Both the position numbers and the translations under genes were made by a program. Shown here in pieces: positions 19,420 to 28,137 of a stretch of DNA of 32,000 nt; position 1 is the stretch's first letter, and each line of letters begins with the position of its first letter. This DNA comes from Synechococcus sp. A15-28 (GTDB lineage: Bacteria > Cyanobacteriota > Cyanobacteriia > PCC-6307 > Cyanobiaceae), in contig NZ_CP047931.1 of the NCBI RefSeq assembly GCF_014280175.1, positions 840,001-872,000 of the forward strand, written 5' to 3'. Below the pieces are notes generated by a model. The model had not been told where the DNA came from. It saw nothing but the letters and a program-made list of their open reading frames with translations, and made no database searches.

Positions 19420-20136
19420 GTGACCACCATTCCCGCTGCCGTGGCCACCAGCAGATTGCTTGTTGTTGAGGATGACGACAGTATCCGTGAAACCGTCGGT
19501 GAAGCTCTCCGCGCCGAGGGATATGAAGTGCTCACCTGCGCCAATGGCTCAGAAGCCCTTGGACTGCTCTCGGGTGAGCCTGCTCAGCCCGTGGATCTGC
19601 TGGTGCTCGATCTGATGCTCCCCGGCCTGGGGGGCTTGGATCTCTGTCGTGAGTTGCGGCGATTCAACAACAACACGCCCATCCTGGTGATCAGTGCTAG
19701 GGACAGTGAGACGGATCGGGTGCTCGGCCTTGAGGTCGGGGCTGATGACTACCTGGTGAAGCCCTTTGGCCTGAGAGAGCTGGTGGCCCGCTGCCGGGCG
19801 CTGCTGCGGCGTGCTCAACAAACCCCTGCTGTTCTTCCCGAGATCTACAGCCACGCCAATCTCTGCCTTTACATCAATGAGTGCCGGGTCACCCGTGACG
19901 GCAAGGACCTCAATCTCTCTCCGAAGGAGTACAAAATCCTGGAGCTGTTCCTTCAGCACCCCAAGCGGGTCTGGAGTCGTGATCAGTTGCTCGAGAAGAT
20001 CTGGGGATTGGATTTCGTCGGCGACACAAAAACAGTGGATGTCCACATCCGCTGGTTGCGGGAGAAGATCGAGGTGCAGCCGTCTTCCCCTGAACTGATC
20101 CGCACGGTGCGGGGTTTCGGCTATCGATTCGGCTGA
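19420..20136 (+). CDS. OmpR-family two-component response regulator
   Basis: Receiver domain (LLVVEDDDSIRE, DLLVLDLMLPGLGG, KPF) plus a winged-helix domain (LSPKEYKILELFLQHP, VDVHIRWLREKI, RTVRGFGYRF). GTG start. Confidence 0.9.
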   Translation: MTTIPAAVATSRLLVVEDDDSIRETVGEALRAEGYEVLTCANGSEALGLLSGEPAQPVDLLVLDLMLPGLGGLDLCRELRRFNNNTPILVISARDSETDRVLGLEVGADDYLVKPFGLRELVARCRALLRRAQQTPAVLPEIYSHANLCLYINECRVTRDGKDLNLSPKEYKILELFLQHPKRVWSRDQLLEKIWGLDFVGDTKTVDVHIRWLREKIEVQPSSPELIRTVRGFGYRFG

Positions 20137-20143
20137 GCAGCTG

Positions 20144-21283
20144 GTGCTTGTTCCCCTTCTGATCGGGTTCGGTGCCGGTGCCGCCACCATGACGATCATC
20201 CAGCGTCGACGCCTGCGAAGGGCTCGCATTGCTGACGAAGACAGTCCTGGTTTTCGCCAAGGCGTGCTGAATGCCCCTCAGCTCTTGGCTTGGATTGATG
20301 CAGCAACCCAGGGCTGGTTGATCCTCTCGCCGGATCTGTCCATTGCCTACATCAATGCCAGGGCCGAACGGTTGCTGCACATTTCCAGGAATCTGCTGGT
20401 GCGCGGTATGCCGATGGACCAGGTGTTATCGATTCCTCAGCTTGAAGAAGCGATCGTCAGCACCCGCTATCAGCAGCGCCCACAGCGCAGCGAATGGGAG
20501 CAGCTGGGGGACCCTCTGGAAGCCCTCGTTTTGCCGGGCTCCGATGAATGGCTGCTGGTGCTGATCCAGAGCCGTCAGTCACTGGAAGCTCAGCAACAAC
20601 AGCAGGAGCGCTGGGTCAGTGATGTGGCCCATGAGCTCAAGACGCCGCTCACGGCCTTGATGCTGGTGAGCGACCGGCTAGAGATGGCCGTTGAGGGCAG
20701 CGACACCGTGCTGGTGCAGCGCCTGCAGCGCGAGCTGCGGCGGCTGCAGTTGATGGTGGAGGACCTGCTGGAGCTGTCGCGCCTCGAAAACAGCCTGCCC
20801 CAGGAAAGCAGCAGTTACACCGCTATCACTCTGGAGGATCTGGTGGACAGCGCTTGGACCAGCATTCGCCCCCTGGCGGAGGAGCGCGAGGTGACGATGG
20901 ACCTGAATCGCTCCGAAACAGGGCCAATGATGGGCGATCAAAGGCGTCTGCACCGAGCGGTGCTCAATCTGCTCGACAACGCATTGCGCTACTCCCCCAA
21001 CGGATCCAGCGTGGACGTCTCCATCGTTCCCAGCGGTGGCTGGTGGTTGCTCAGCATCCGTGACCACGGTCCCGGACTGAGCGATTCGGACCTCGGCGGC
21101 ATGTTTCAACGTTTCTATCGCGGTGATCCATCCCGGGCCCGTTCCGCCCGCAGCGGCAGTGGCCTTGGGCTGGCGATCGTGCAACAGATCGCCGTTAATC
21201 ACGGTGGTCGCATCGAAGCGCGCAACCATCCCAATGGTGGGACCTGCATGGAGTTGGTGCTGCCCAAGAGTCTCAGCGCGTGA
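20144..21283 (+). CDS. Sensor histidine kinase (one N-terminal TM, PAS-like, HisKA, HATPase_c)
   Basis: H-box SDVAHELKTPLTAL, N-box LLDNALRYSP, G-boxes RDHGPGL and GSGLGLAIV. GTG start 8 nt after the regulator stop. Confidence 0.9.
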   Translation: MLVPLLIGFGAGAATMTIIQRRRLRRARIADEDSPGFRQGVLNAPQLLAWIDAATQGWLILSPDLSIAYINARAERLLHISRNLLVRGMPMDQVLSIPQLEEAIVSTRYQQRPQRSEWEQLGDPLEALVLPGSDEWLLVLIQSRQSLEAQQQQQERWVSDVAHELKTPLTALMLVSDRLEMAVEGSDTVLVQRLQRELRRLQLMVEDLLELSRLENSLPQESSSYTAITLEDLVDSAWTSIRPLAEEREVTMDLNRSETGPMMGDQRRLHRAVLNLLDNALRYSPNGSSVDVSIVPSGGWWLLSIRDHGPGLSDSDLGGMFQRFYRGDPSRARSARSGSGLGLAIVQQIAVNHGGRIEARNHPNGGTCMELVLPKSLSA

Positions 21284-22032
21284 CCCGGCAGCGTCTGCAG
21301 AAAATCATGGCCGCGGCAGGACTCTGCTCGCGGCGGACCGCTGAAGACTGGATTGTGGCCGGCCGGGTCAAGGTCGATGGACAGGTCTCCCGCCTTGGTG
21401 ATCAGGCGGACCCTGACAGCCAGAGCATCCATGTCGACGGCAGGCCGCTGTCCCCCCGCCGGGAGGCCACCGTGCTGCTCATCAACAAGCCCCCTGGTGT
21501 GATCAGCACCTGTCGGGACCCGCGCGGTCGTTCCACCGTGCTGGATCTGCTGCCCAGGCATCTGCGCCGGGGACTCCACCTGGTGGGTCGGTTGGATGCC
21601 GACAGCCGTGGCGCCCTGCTCCTCACCGATCAGGGGGACCTGACCCTGAGGCTCACGCACCCCCGCTATGACCATCCCAAGACCTATCGGGTCATGGTGG
21701 AGGGGGTCCCGTTGGACAGCAGCCTGCAGCGCTGGCGGAAGGGCCTGCTTTTGGACGGCACCATGACCCGCGCTGCTCAGGTTCGTGTGCTGCAGCGTCG
21801 ATCCGACCGCACGCTGTTGGAGGTGGTCCTGCTGGAGGGCCGCAACCGTCAGATCCGCCGTGTTGCTGATCTCCTGGGGCATCCGGTCGTTGACTTGCAG
21901 CGGGTCGGCATTGCCGGTTTGCGCCTGGGGGCCCTGCCGGAGGGTCGCTGGCGGCAGCTCAGCAGGGGAGAATGGGAGCCATTGCTTGATCGGGTCGAGC
22001 CCCGCGCCCCTCAGCACGGTTCATGCGCCTGA
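21280..22032 (+). CDS. Pseudouridine synthase, RsuA/RluB family
   Basis: S4 domain (RLQKIMAAAGLCSRRTAEDWIVAGRVKVDG), catalytic-Asp motif GRLDADSRGALLLTD, and EGRNRQIRR. The GTG start overlaps the kinase stop (GTGA). Confidence 0.88.
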   Translation: MTRQRLQKIMAAAGLCSRRTAEDWIVAGRVKVDGQVSRLGDQADPDSQSIHVDGRPLSPRREATVLLINKPPGVISTCRDPRGRSTVLDLLPRHLRRGLHLVGRLDADSRGALLLTDQGDLTLRLTHPRYDHPKTYRVMVEGVPLDSSLQRWRKGLLLDGTMTRAAQVRVLQRRSDRTLLEVVLLEGRNRQIRRVADLLGHPVVDLQRVGIAGLRLGALPEGRWRQLSRGEWEPLLDRVEPRAPQHGSCA

Positions 22033-22943
22033 CGTTTCCGCGCCCCTGGCGGCGTCGCTCCCGTTCCTCCCAGATCGCTATTCCTGACGGCCTCTCCCGC
22101 GACGAGCAGCTGCGGGAGCTGGGCCAACTGCTGCAGCAGCGCCGGGAGGCTGAGGGGCTGACCTTGCGGGAGCTGGCTCAGGAGACTCGGATCACCACCC
22201 CGGTGATCGAAGCCCTCGAGCGCGGCTGGCCCGACCGCTTGCCCGAGCGGGCCTATCTGGCATCGATGCTGCCGCAACTGGAGCGGCGCCTGGCACTGAC
22301 GCCGGGGGTGTTGGAGCCGGTTCTCCCCCCGGCCGTGGTGCCCCAGCGCAAGGCGACGTTGGCTCAGCGTCGTTTCACGCCCGGCAGCATTGATGTGTTC
22401 ACCACCTGGCAGGGCAGCCTGGTGTACGCCATTCTGATCTTCCTGAGTTTGCTGATGATCAACCGTCAGCAGCAGAACCTTGCCCTGCAAAACAGTCAGA
22501 GCCTGGAGCCGGTGCGCGTCGACCTGAGCGGCCTGGATACGACTGCAGCCCTGTCTCCCACCGATCCGCAGCTCGACAATCTGCGGCCGCTCGATCTGGC
22601 TCGCAAATGGCAGCCGCAGGACTGGTTGAACGCTGCCGGTGGATTGCCAAGGTCCCGCCCGGGGGTGCTGACCCTGCAGTTGACTCAGCCGAGCCAGCTT
22701 CAATTGTTCAGCGGCGGTGGGGATCGGTTGCAGCTGCAACTTGAGGCCGGCACGGCGACCCTGCAGTTACTGGCCCCGGTGCAGCTGGTGATCAAGCCTC
22801 CGCCGGGGGAGGCCGACCAGCTGCTTTGGAACGGAGAGGCCCTAAAAGCAGAGACAACCCGTCCAGGGACCTATCGGGTGGAAGCCACCAGGGCTGCCGC
22901 TCCGGCTCCGCTGCGGCCCCAGACAGCCCCCCGCTCCCCGTAG
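22023..22943 (+). CDS. Helix-turn-helix membrane protein, RodZ-like
   Basis: HTH (EGLTLRELAQETRITTPVIEALERG), then one TM helix (LVYAILIFLSLLMI) and a Q/L-rich C-terminal domain. The start overlaps the upstream gene end by 10 bp. The 3' end overlaps the malQ 3' end by 73 bp. Confidence 0.72.
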   Translation: MRLTFPRPWRRRSRSSQIAIPDGLSRDEQLRELGQLLQQRREAEGLTLRELAQETRITTPVIEALERGWPDRLPERAYLASMLPQLERRLALTPGVLEPVLPPAVVPQRKATLAQRRFTPGSIDVFTTWQGSLVYAILIFLSLLMINRQQQNLALQNSQSLEPVRVDLSGLDTTAALSPTDPQLDNLRPLDLARKWQPQDWLNAAGGLPRSRPGVLTLQLTQPSQLQLFSGGGDRLQLQLEAGTATLQLLAPVQLVIKPPPGEADQLLWNGEALKAETTRPGTYRVEATRAAAPAPLRPQTAPRSP

Positions 22944-24427
22944 CCCTTCAGGGCTCCATTGAGGTTGTCGTCATAGTGCGGCAACCGCCAGCTCCAATTG
23001 CCTTCACTGGTGCCTGGGGTGTTGAAGCGGGCGCTGTCGTCCAGATGCAGCAGATCCTGCAGGGGAGCCACCACCAGTTCCGCAGTGGTGGCGAAGGCCA
23101 TGTCGAACAGGTGCCAGGCCGGGGCCTCCACCGGGCCGTTCACCCGGCTGGTGATGAGCTCCCTACTCGCCTCATCAAGGTTGTTCCACCAGCCCAGGGT
23201 GGTGGGGTTGTCATGGGTGCCGGTGTACACCACCCAGCGGCTGCCATCGATGTTTTCGGGCAGATAGGGGTTGTCCTGCATGCCATCGAAGGCGAACTGC
23301 AGCACCTTCATCCCCGGCAGCTGGAAACCATCCCTGAGGGCCTCCACATCCGGAGTGATCACCCCGAGGTCTTCCGCGATCAAGGGCAGGGCACCGCCAC
23401 CATCCAGCTGCAGTTTGCTCAGAAGGGATCGACCGGGTGAGGGTTGCCAGCGGCCATTCTGAGCTGTGGTGTCACCCCCCGGCACGGCCCAGTAGCCCGC
23501 GAGGGCACGGAAGTGGTCAAGCCGCAGCAGATCCGCCAGTTGCCGCTGACGGGCGATGCGATGCCGCCACCAACGGAAACGGGTGAGGCGATGGCGGCCC
23601 CAGCGGTAGACCGGGGATCCCCACAGTTGTCCGGTCTCGGAGAAGTAATCCGGGGGGACGCCGCTCTGCGTGGTGAGTTCGCCGTTTTCCTTGATGGTGA
23701 ACAGGGAGCGGTGGCTCCAGACATCGGCACTGTCGGCGCTCACATAGAAGGGCAGATCGCCGAACAGCAGTACGCCGCGCTCCTTTGCCAGCGACCGGAT
23801 GGCCTTCCACTGGCGGTCCAGGTGCCACTGGACCAGCTTCACCTGCAGCAGCGCCTCGCCGTGGTCGTCGCACCAGCGTTGAAGGGCTCCCTCCCGATGC
23901 GTCGCCAGCGCTTTCGGCCAGCTCCACCAGGCTCCCTCGTGTTGATCATGCAGAACGCTGTAGCGGGCGTGTTCCTCCAGCCAGGCCTGTTCCTCGCACC
24001 AGGACCGGAAGGTGTCCTGCCGCTCCTGGCTCTGTTCGGACCAGCGGCTCAGCAGGGCCGTGGCCAGGGCCTGGCTGCGTTGGTTCGCCAGCGCAAAGTC
24101 CACCCTGTTGATGCCGTCGCTGGGGGCATCTGCCCCCGGGAGCGTTGCCTGGTCGTCGCTGCTGATGTAGCCCTCCGCCGTCAGATCTGCGGCATCCAGC
24201 AGCCAGGGGTTCAGGGCAAAGCAGGAGGGTGAGCTGTAGGGAGACCCGGTGGGATCCGGTGGCGCCAGCGGCAGGATCTGCCAGACCCCGATGTTGTTGT
24301 CCGCCAGTTGATGAACCCAGCGGCGGCAGGGTTCACCGAAGCTTCCGCAGACCGGGCTGCCGGGGAGAGCGGTGGGATGGAGCAGAACCCCTGTGCTGCG
24401 CGGCCGCGGTGCTGTGGGCTGTTCCAT
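22871..24427 (-). CDS. malQ: 4-alpha-glucanotransferase (amylomaltase, GH77)
   Basis: GVLLHPTALPG, GDLPFYV, LIAEDLGVITPDV, YTGTHDN and GTSEGNWSWR. ATG 24427 is preceded by GGAGA. The ORF-track start at 24448 is a TTG just 9 nt after the dvr stop. Confidence 0.93.
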   Translation of the reverse strand: MEQPTAPRPRSTGVLLHPTALPGSPVCGSFGEPCRRWVHQLADNNIGVWQILPLAPPDPTGSPYSSPSCFALNPWLLDAADLTAEGYISSDDQATLPGADAPSDGINRVDFALANQRSQALATALLSRWSEQSQERQDTFRSWCEEQAWLEEHARYSVLHDQHEGAWWSWPKALATHREGALQRWCDDHGEALLQVKLVQWHLDRQWKAIRSLAKERGVLLFGDLPFYVSADSADVWSHRSLFTIKENGELTTQSGVPPDYFSETGQLWGSPVYRWGRHRLTRFRWWRHRIARQRQLADLLRLDHFRALAGYWAVPGGDTTAQNGRWQPSPGRSLLSKLQLDGGGALPLIAEDLGVITPDVEALRDGFQLPGMKVLQFAFDGMQDNPYLPENIDGSRWVVYTGTHDNPTTLGWWNNLDEASRELITSRVNGPVEAPAWHLFDMAFATTAELVVAPLQDLLHLDDSARFNTPGTSEGNWSWRLPHYDDNLNGALKGYGERGAVWGRSGAGAAALVASTR

Positions 24428-24459
24428 CGGATCTCCGATTTGTCCCAAGGATGGCCGCT

Positions 24460-25488
24460 TCAGAACAGGGCGGCATCCCCCAGGTCCTGACCAGCCATTC
24501 CGTCCCGCACCACCAGTTCAAAGAACTGTTCCAGGGTGTCATTGCCGTAGGAGGGGGTGGCATCAGCGTCATAGCGCTGCCGCTCGGCGTCCCACACCAA
24601 CATCGATTCACTGGCGTAGTAGCGCCCGATCCGCCCGAATTCAGCGGTGTCCTGCAGTCCGGGGAACAGGCGCGACAGGGTTTCGAGCAGGTTGATCGGT
24701 GCGTCCATCAGGGCCAGCGGCAGCGACAGCATCCGTGGAGATTTCCCGAGAGCTCGGAACAGCATCTCCCCTTGTTCCCGGGCGCTGAGGGCCGGGCCCG
24801 GGCCCCCGATCGGCAACATCTGGTTGCGTTTGTCCTCATCCCGCAGGCAATCGGCCATGAAGCGAGCCAGGTCGTCTTCGCTGATCGGCTTGCAGCTCGC
24901 CAGTTCACCGCCGCCGAACATCACATAGGGCCCCCCTTTGCGGCAGCTTTCCACTTGCCCACCCAGGCTCTTGAAGAAGGCGGTGGGCCGGACGATCGAA
25001 TGGGTCATCTCCCCATCGGCCTGCAGTTCCGCTTCAAAGGCCAGCTTGGCCTTCTGAAATTCCAGCAGCGGTTTCTGCACGCAGATCGCTGAAAGCAGCA
25101 CGTAATGGGCGACTCCAGCCCGTCGTCCCTCTCGATAGGTGTTGAGGGTGGCCTGGTGATCAATGGCCCAGGAGTCCTTGCGACCGCCCGTGCGGGAGGC
25201 CAGGCAGGACACCACCACATCCGTGGGCTGGTTGAAGGCCTCTGCCGCCAGGGAGGCGGGGTCGGTGACATCACCGAATCGAACCTCGGCGCCCGGCAGG
25301 TCGTTGATCACCTGCTCCTTGCTCTGGCGGCCCCCGATGCCACTTCGTTCTCGGGCGAAGGCCACCACCTGGTAACCCCTCTCCACCAGCTCGCGCACCA
25401 CATAACGACCGATGTAGCCCGTGGCTCCGAACACCACGACCCTCACCTGTTCGGGCGGTCGGTTGCGGAAGTCGTGGCGCAGAGCCAT
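24460..25488 (-). CDS. dvr: 3,8-divinyl (proto)chlorophyllide a 8-vinyl reductase, plant/BciA type
   Basis: Near-colinear similarity to plant DVR as I recall it: GATGYIGRYVV, VDVVVSCLASRTGG.KDSW.ID, LLSAICVQKPLLEFQKAKL.FEAEL, SIVRPTAFFKSLGGQVE, GRYYASESML, TPSYGNDTLEQFF and GMAGQDLG. ATG 25488 (MALRHD...) is preferred over 25533. Confidence 0.88.
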   Translation of the reverse strand: MALRHDFRNRPPEQVRVVVFGATGYIGRYVVRELVERGYQVVAFARERSGIGGRQSKEQVINDLPGAEVRFGDVTDPASLAAEAFNQPTDVVVSCLASRTGGRKDSWAIDHQATLNTYREGRRAGVAHYVLLSAICVQKPLLEFQKAKLAFEAELQADGEMTHSIVRPTAFFKSLGGQVESCRKGGPYVMFGGGELASCKPISEDDLARFMADCLRDEDKRNQMLPIGGPGPALSAREQGEMLFRALGKSPRMLSLPLALMDAPINLLETLSRLFPGLQDTAEFGRIGRYYASESMLVWDAERQRYDADATPSYGNDTLEQFFELVVRDGMAGQDLGDAALF

Positions 25489-25544
25489 GGTGCTCGGGAC
25501 TGGACAACTGGGCGAAACTAGGCGCCGTAGCACGCCTGGGGACG

Positions 25545-26504
25545 ATGACTCCCACCCAACCGAAGCGGTTGATGACCTGGCTGGGCCGATACCCCCTGCG
25601 AACCTTGCTGCGCCTTTCCGCTGCCGTTGTGGGCCTTGGTGCCACGGGGTGGATGTTGAGCACGGTCTGGCCGGAGCCCGATCAGGTGGCCCCGGCGGCG
25701 CCTGTCGCAGCCGACAACCCCATCAACCTGGCCCCTTTGCCTCTGGGACCTGTGACCCTGTTGCTGGTGGGGATCGATGCGGATCAGACCGGAGATCCCA
25801 TGAACAATGCGGCGCCGCGGGGACGGGCCAATGCCGATGCTGTGATGCTGTTGCGGGTCGATGCCCAACAGCCACTTCGGGTGCTGCAGGTGCCGATCGA
25901 ACTCGCACTCCAGCTCCCGGGTCAGACCACGCCTTCCGGGCTCGGCAGCCTCTGGCAGGAGGGCGGTGTTGCCCTCTTGAACGATGCGATCCGGGAACTG
26001 GTCGGCCTGCCGGCTGATCAACCGCACCGCTATGTGGTGCTCCCCCGGCGGGTGCTGCGCTCCGTGGTGGATGGCCTTGGTGATCTCGATGTAATCCTGA
26101 ATGCCTCGTTCCAACGCAAGGATAAGGCGCAGAATTACACGGTTAATCTGCAGGCCGGTCGCCAGAGTCTGAATGGTGCCCAGGCCGAGCAGCTGGCGCG
26201 GTATCTCAAGGATCCTTTGGATGATCCCAACCGCCGCTTGCGGCAGCAGCTGCTGATCCGCGCGGTGGTGGAGCAGTTCAGGGGACCACGGACGATGGGC
26301 AAGATCCCCGGATTGGTGGACATTGCCGCCAGCGACGTGGAGACCAATCTTTCCAAGGCCGAGATGCTCAGCCTGGCGGCGGCCATTCTCTCCAGTCCTG
26401 CATCGGTGCAGATTAAGCAGCTGCCGCTGGCCAAGCGGGCCGGCAAGCAGGTGCTGCGTCAGATCAAGGCTGGGGAGTCCTTGCCCCTGTGGCCACGGCT
26501 GTGA
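25545..26504 (+). CDS. LytR-CpsA-Psr (LCP) family protein
   Basis: An N-terminal TM anchor, then LLLVGIDADQ...ANADAVMLLRVD, which is typical of the LCP catalytic domain. 319 aa. Confidence 0.83.
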   Translation: MTPTQPKRLMTWLGRYPLRTLLRLSAAVVGLGATGWMLSTVWPEPDQVAPAAPVAADNPINLAPLPLGPVTLLLVGIDADQTGDPMNNAAPRGRANADAVMLLRVDAQQPLRVLQVPIELALQLPGQTTPSGLGSLWQEGGVALLNDAIRELVGLPADQPHRYVVLPRRVLRSVVDGLGDLDVILNASFQRKDKAQNYTVNLQAGRQSLNGAQAEQLARYLKDPLDDPNRRLRQQLLIRAVVEQFRGPRTMGKIPGLVDIAASDVETNLSKAEMLSLAAAILSSPASVQIKQLPLAKRAGKQVLRQIKAGESLPLWPRL

Positions 26505-26994
26505 GGCTGCGCCGCCTCAGCTCCTGAACCAGGTGGTCAAGCGCGAGCCCCCGTTCTGGCTCGCCTGGGGCGGGAATCCATCCAATCCACGGCAGACCGT
26601 CCCGACGACGTTGCAGACGGTTCCATGCTGACCCGATCTGGATCAGCCCCATCAGAGGAGCGCCGAGCTGATGACAGAGGGCGGTGTAGGCCGCGGCTGA
26701 TCCGGCAACGCCACCTCCGGGTTCGCCGACCACCATCAACAGCAGGGGGTGGCGCCAGTCGGCGAGGGCGTCCAGCCAGCTGCCCCCCTCCGGAAGTTGT
26801 CGCGCGGCATCGCCGCTGAGGCGGATCAGGCCCCTCCGAGCCGATGGATCCGACAGCCACTGCTGCGGAGACTCCCCTTCGCTGATGTGGCTCAGCGCGA
26901 GTCCCAAGGATTCGGCCAGGGCCGTGCAGGCCTCGCGCATCCGTAGTTCAGGCAAGGGGCCAGCACCCACCAACAGAGGAACGTCTGTGGACAT
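26464..26994 (-). CDS. Conserved hypothetical protein with a possibly degenerate BioD/CobQ-like nucleotide-binding fold lacking a P-loop
   Basis: About 176 aa from ATG 26994. PLLLMVVGEPGGGVAGSAAAYTALCHQLGAPLMGLIQIG resembles the BioD segment P.ilVvg..lG.iNh..Lt......gl.l.G...N. No GxxGxGKT motif is present. The 3' end overlaps the LCP gene by 41 bp. Confidence 0.5.
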   Translation of the reverse strand: MSTDVPLLVGAGPLPELRMREACTALAESLGLALSHISEGESPQQWLSDPSARRGLIRLSGDAARQLPEGGSWLDALADWRHPLLLMVVGEPGGGVAGSAAAYTALCHQLGAPLMGLIQIGSAWNRLQRRRDGLPWIGWIPAPGEPERGLALDHLVQELRRRSLTAVATGARTPQP

Positions 26995-27050
26995 GGGGGT
27001 CCTGCTCAGCACTACCATCGGATTACAGCAAACTTCGTCCCGCGGGCGCC

Positions 27051-28046
27051 GTGACCAGTTTTCTGACCGCAGCGCGCGCAGAACAGGAAAAGCTCACACC
27101 GGACACGCGCCGGTTGCGCCTGTTCAGCGGCACCTCCAATCCCGGTCTTACCAGGGAGATCGCGGCCTATCTGGGTGTTCCCGATGGTCCTCGCGTCTGC
27201 AAACGCTTCGCTGACGGCGAGCTCTACGTGCAGATCCAGGAGTCGATCCGGGGCTGCGATGTGTTTCTGATCCAGCCCACCTGTGCTCCGGTGAATGATC
27301 ACCTGATGGAGCTGCTGATCATGGTGGATGCCTGCCGTCGGGCTTCGGCGCGCCAGATCACAGCGGTGGTGCCCTATTACGGCTACGCCCGCGCTGACCG
27401 CAAGACCGCTGGGCGTGAATCGATCACCGCCAAGCTCACCGCCAACCTGCTGGTGAAATCCGGTGTGGACCGGGTGCTGGCCATGGACCTGCACTCGGCT
27501 CAGATCCAGGGTTACTTCGACATTCCCTGTGACCACATCTACGGATCACCGGTGCTGGTGGATTACCTCTCAACCCAGAACCTCGGCGACATCGTGGTGG
27601 TGTCTCCGGATGTGGGCGGCGTGGCACGGGCCCGGGCCTTTGCCAAACAGATGAACGATGCGCCGCTGGCCATCATCGACAAACGCCGCACCGGTCACAA
27701 TCAAGCCGAAAGTCTCACGGTGATCGGCGATGTCTCCGGCCGGACGGCGATCCTGATCGACGACATGATCGACACCGGTGGCACCATCTGCGCCGGGGCC
27801 AGGCTGCTGCGGCAACAGGGGGCGAAACGGGTGATCGCCTGTGCAACCCACGCCGTGTTTTCGCCTCCGGCCAGTGAACGCCTTTCGGCCGATGGCCTAT
27901 TCGAGCAGGTGGTCGTGACCAACAGCATTCCGATTCAGCAGGAGCGAACCTTCCCTCAGCTGCAGGTTCTCTCCGTTGCCAACATGCTGGGCGAAGCCAT
28001 CTGGCGCATCCACGAGGAGAGTTCCGTCAGCTCAATGTTCCGTTGA
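27051..28046 (+). CDS. prs: Ribose-phosphate pyrophosphokinase (PRPP synthetase)
   Basis: LRLFSGTSNPGL, YYGYARADRK, VVVSPDVGGVARA and the PRPP loop LIDDMIDTGGT. GTG start. Confidence 0.95.
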   Translation: MTSFLTAARAEQEKLTPDTRRLRLFSGTSNPGLTREIAAYLGVPDGPRVCKRFADGELYVQIQESIRGCDVFLIQPTCAPVNDHLMELLIMVDACRRASARQITAVVPYYGYARADRKTAGRESITAKLTANLLVKSGVDRVLAMDLHSAQIQGYFDIPCDHIYGSPVLVDYLSTQNLGDIVVVSPDVGGVARARAFAKQMNDAPLAIIDKRRTGHNQAESLTVIGDVSGRTAILIDDMIDTGGTICAGARLLRQQGAKRVIACATHAVFSPPASERLSADGLFEQVVVTNSIPIQQERTFPQLQVLSVANMLGEAIWRIHEESSVSSMFR

Positions 28047-28137
28047 ACTTGATTGTCGAGGCACGTCGCTCACCTGTTGAAAGTGGGCAACATCACCAAG
28101 TGAAATGTGCAGGCTTTGGGACGGTGGCAACGTCTCT

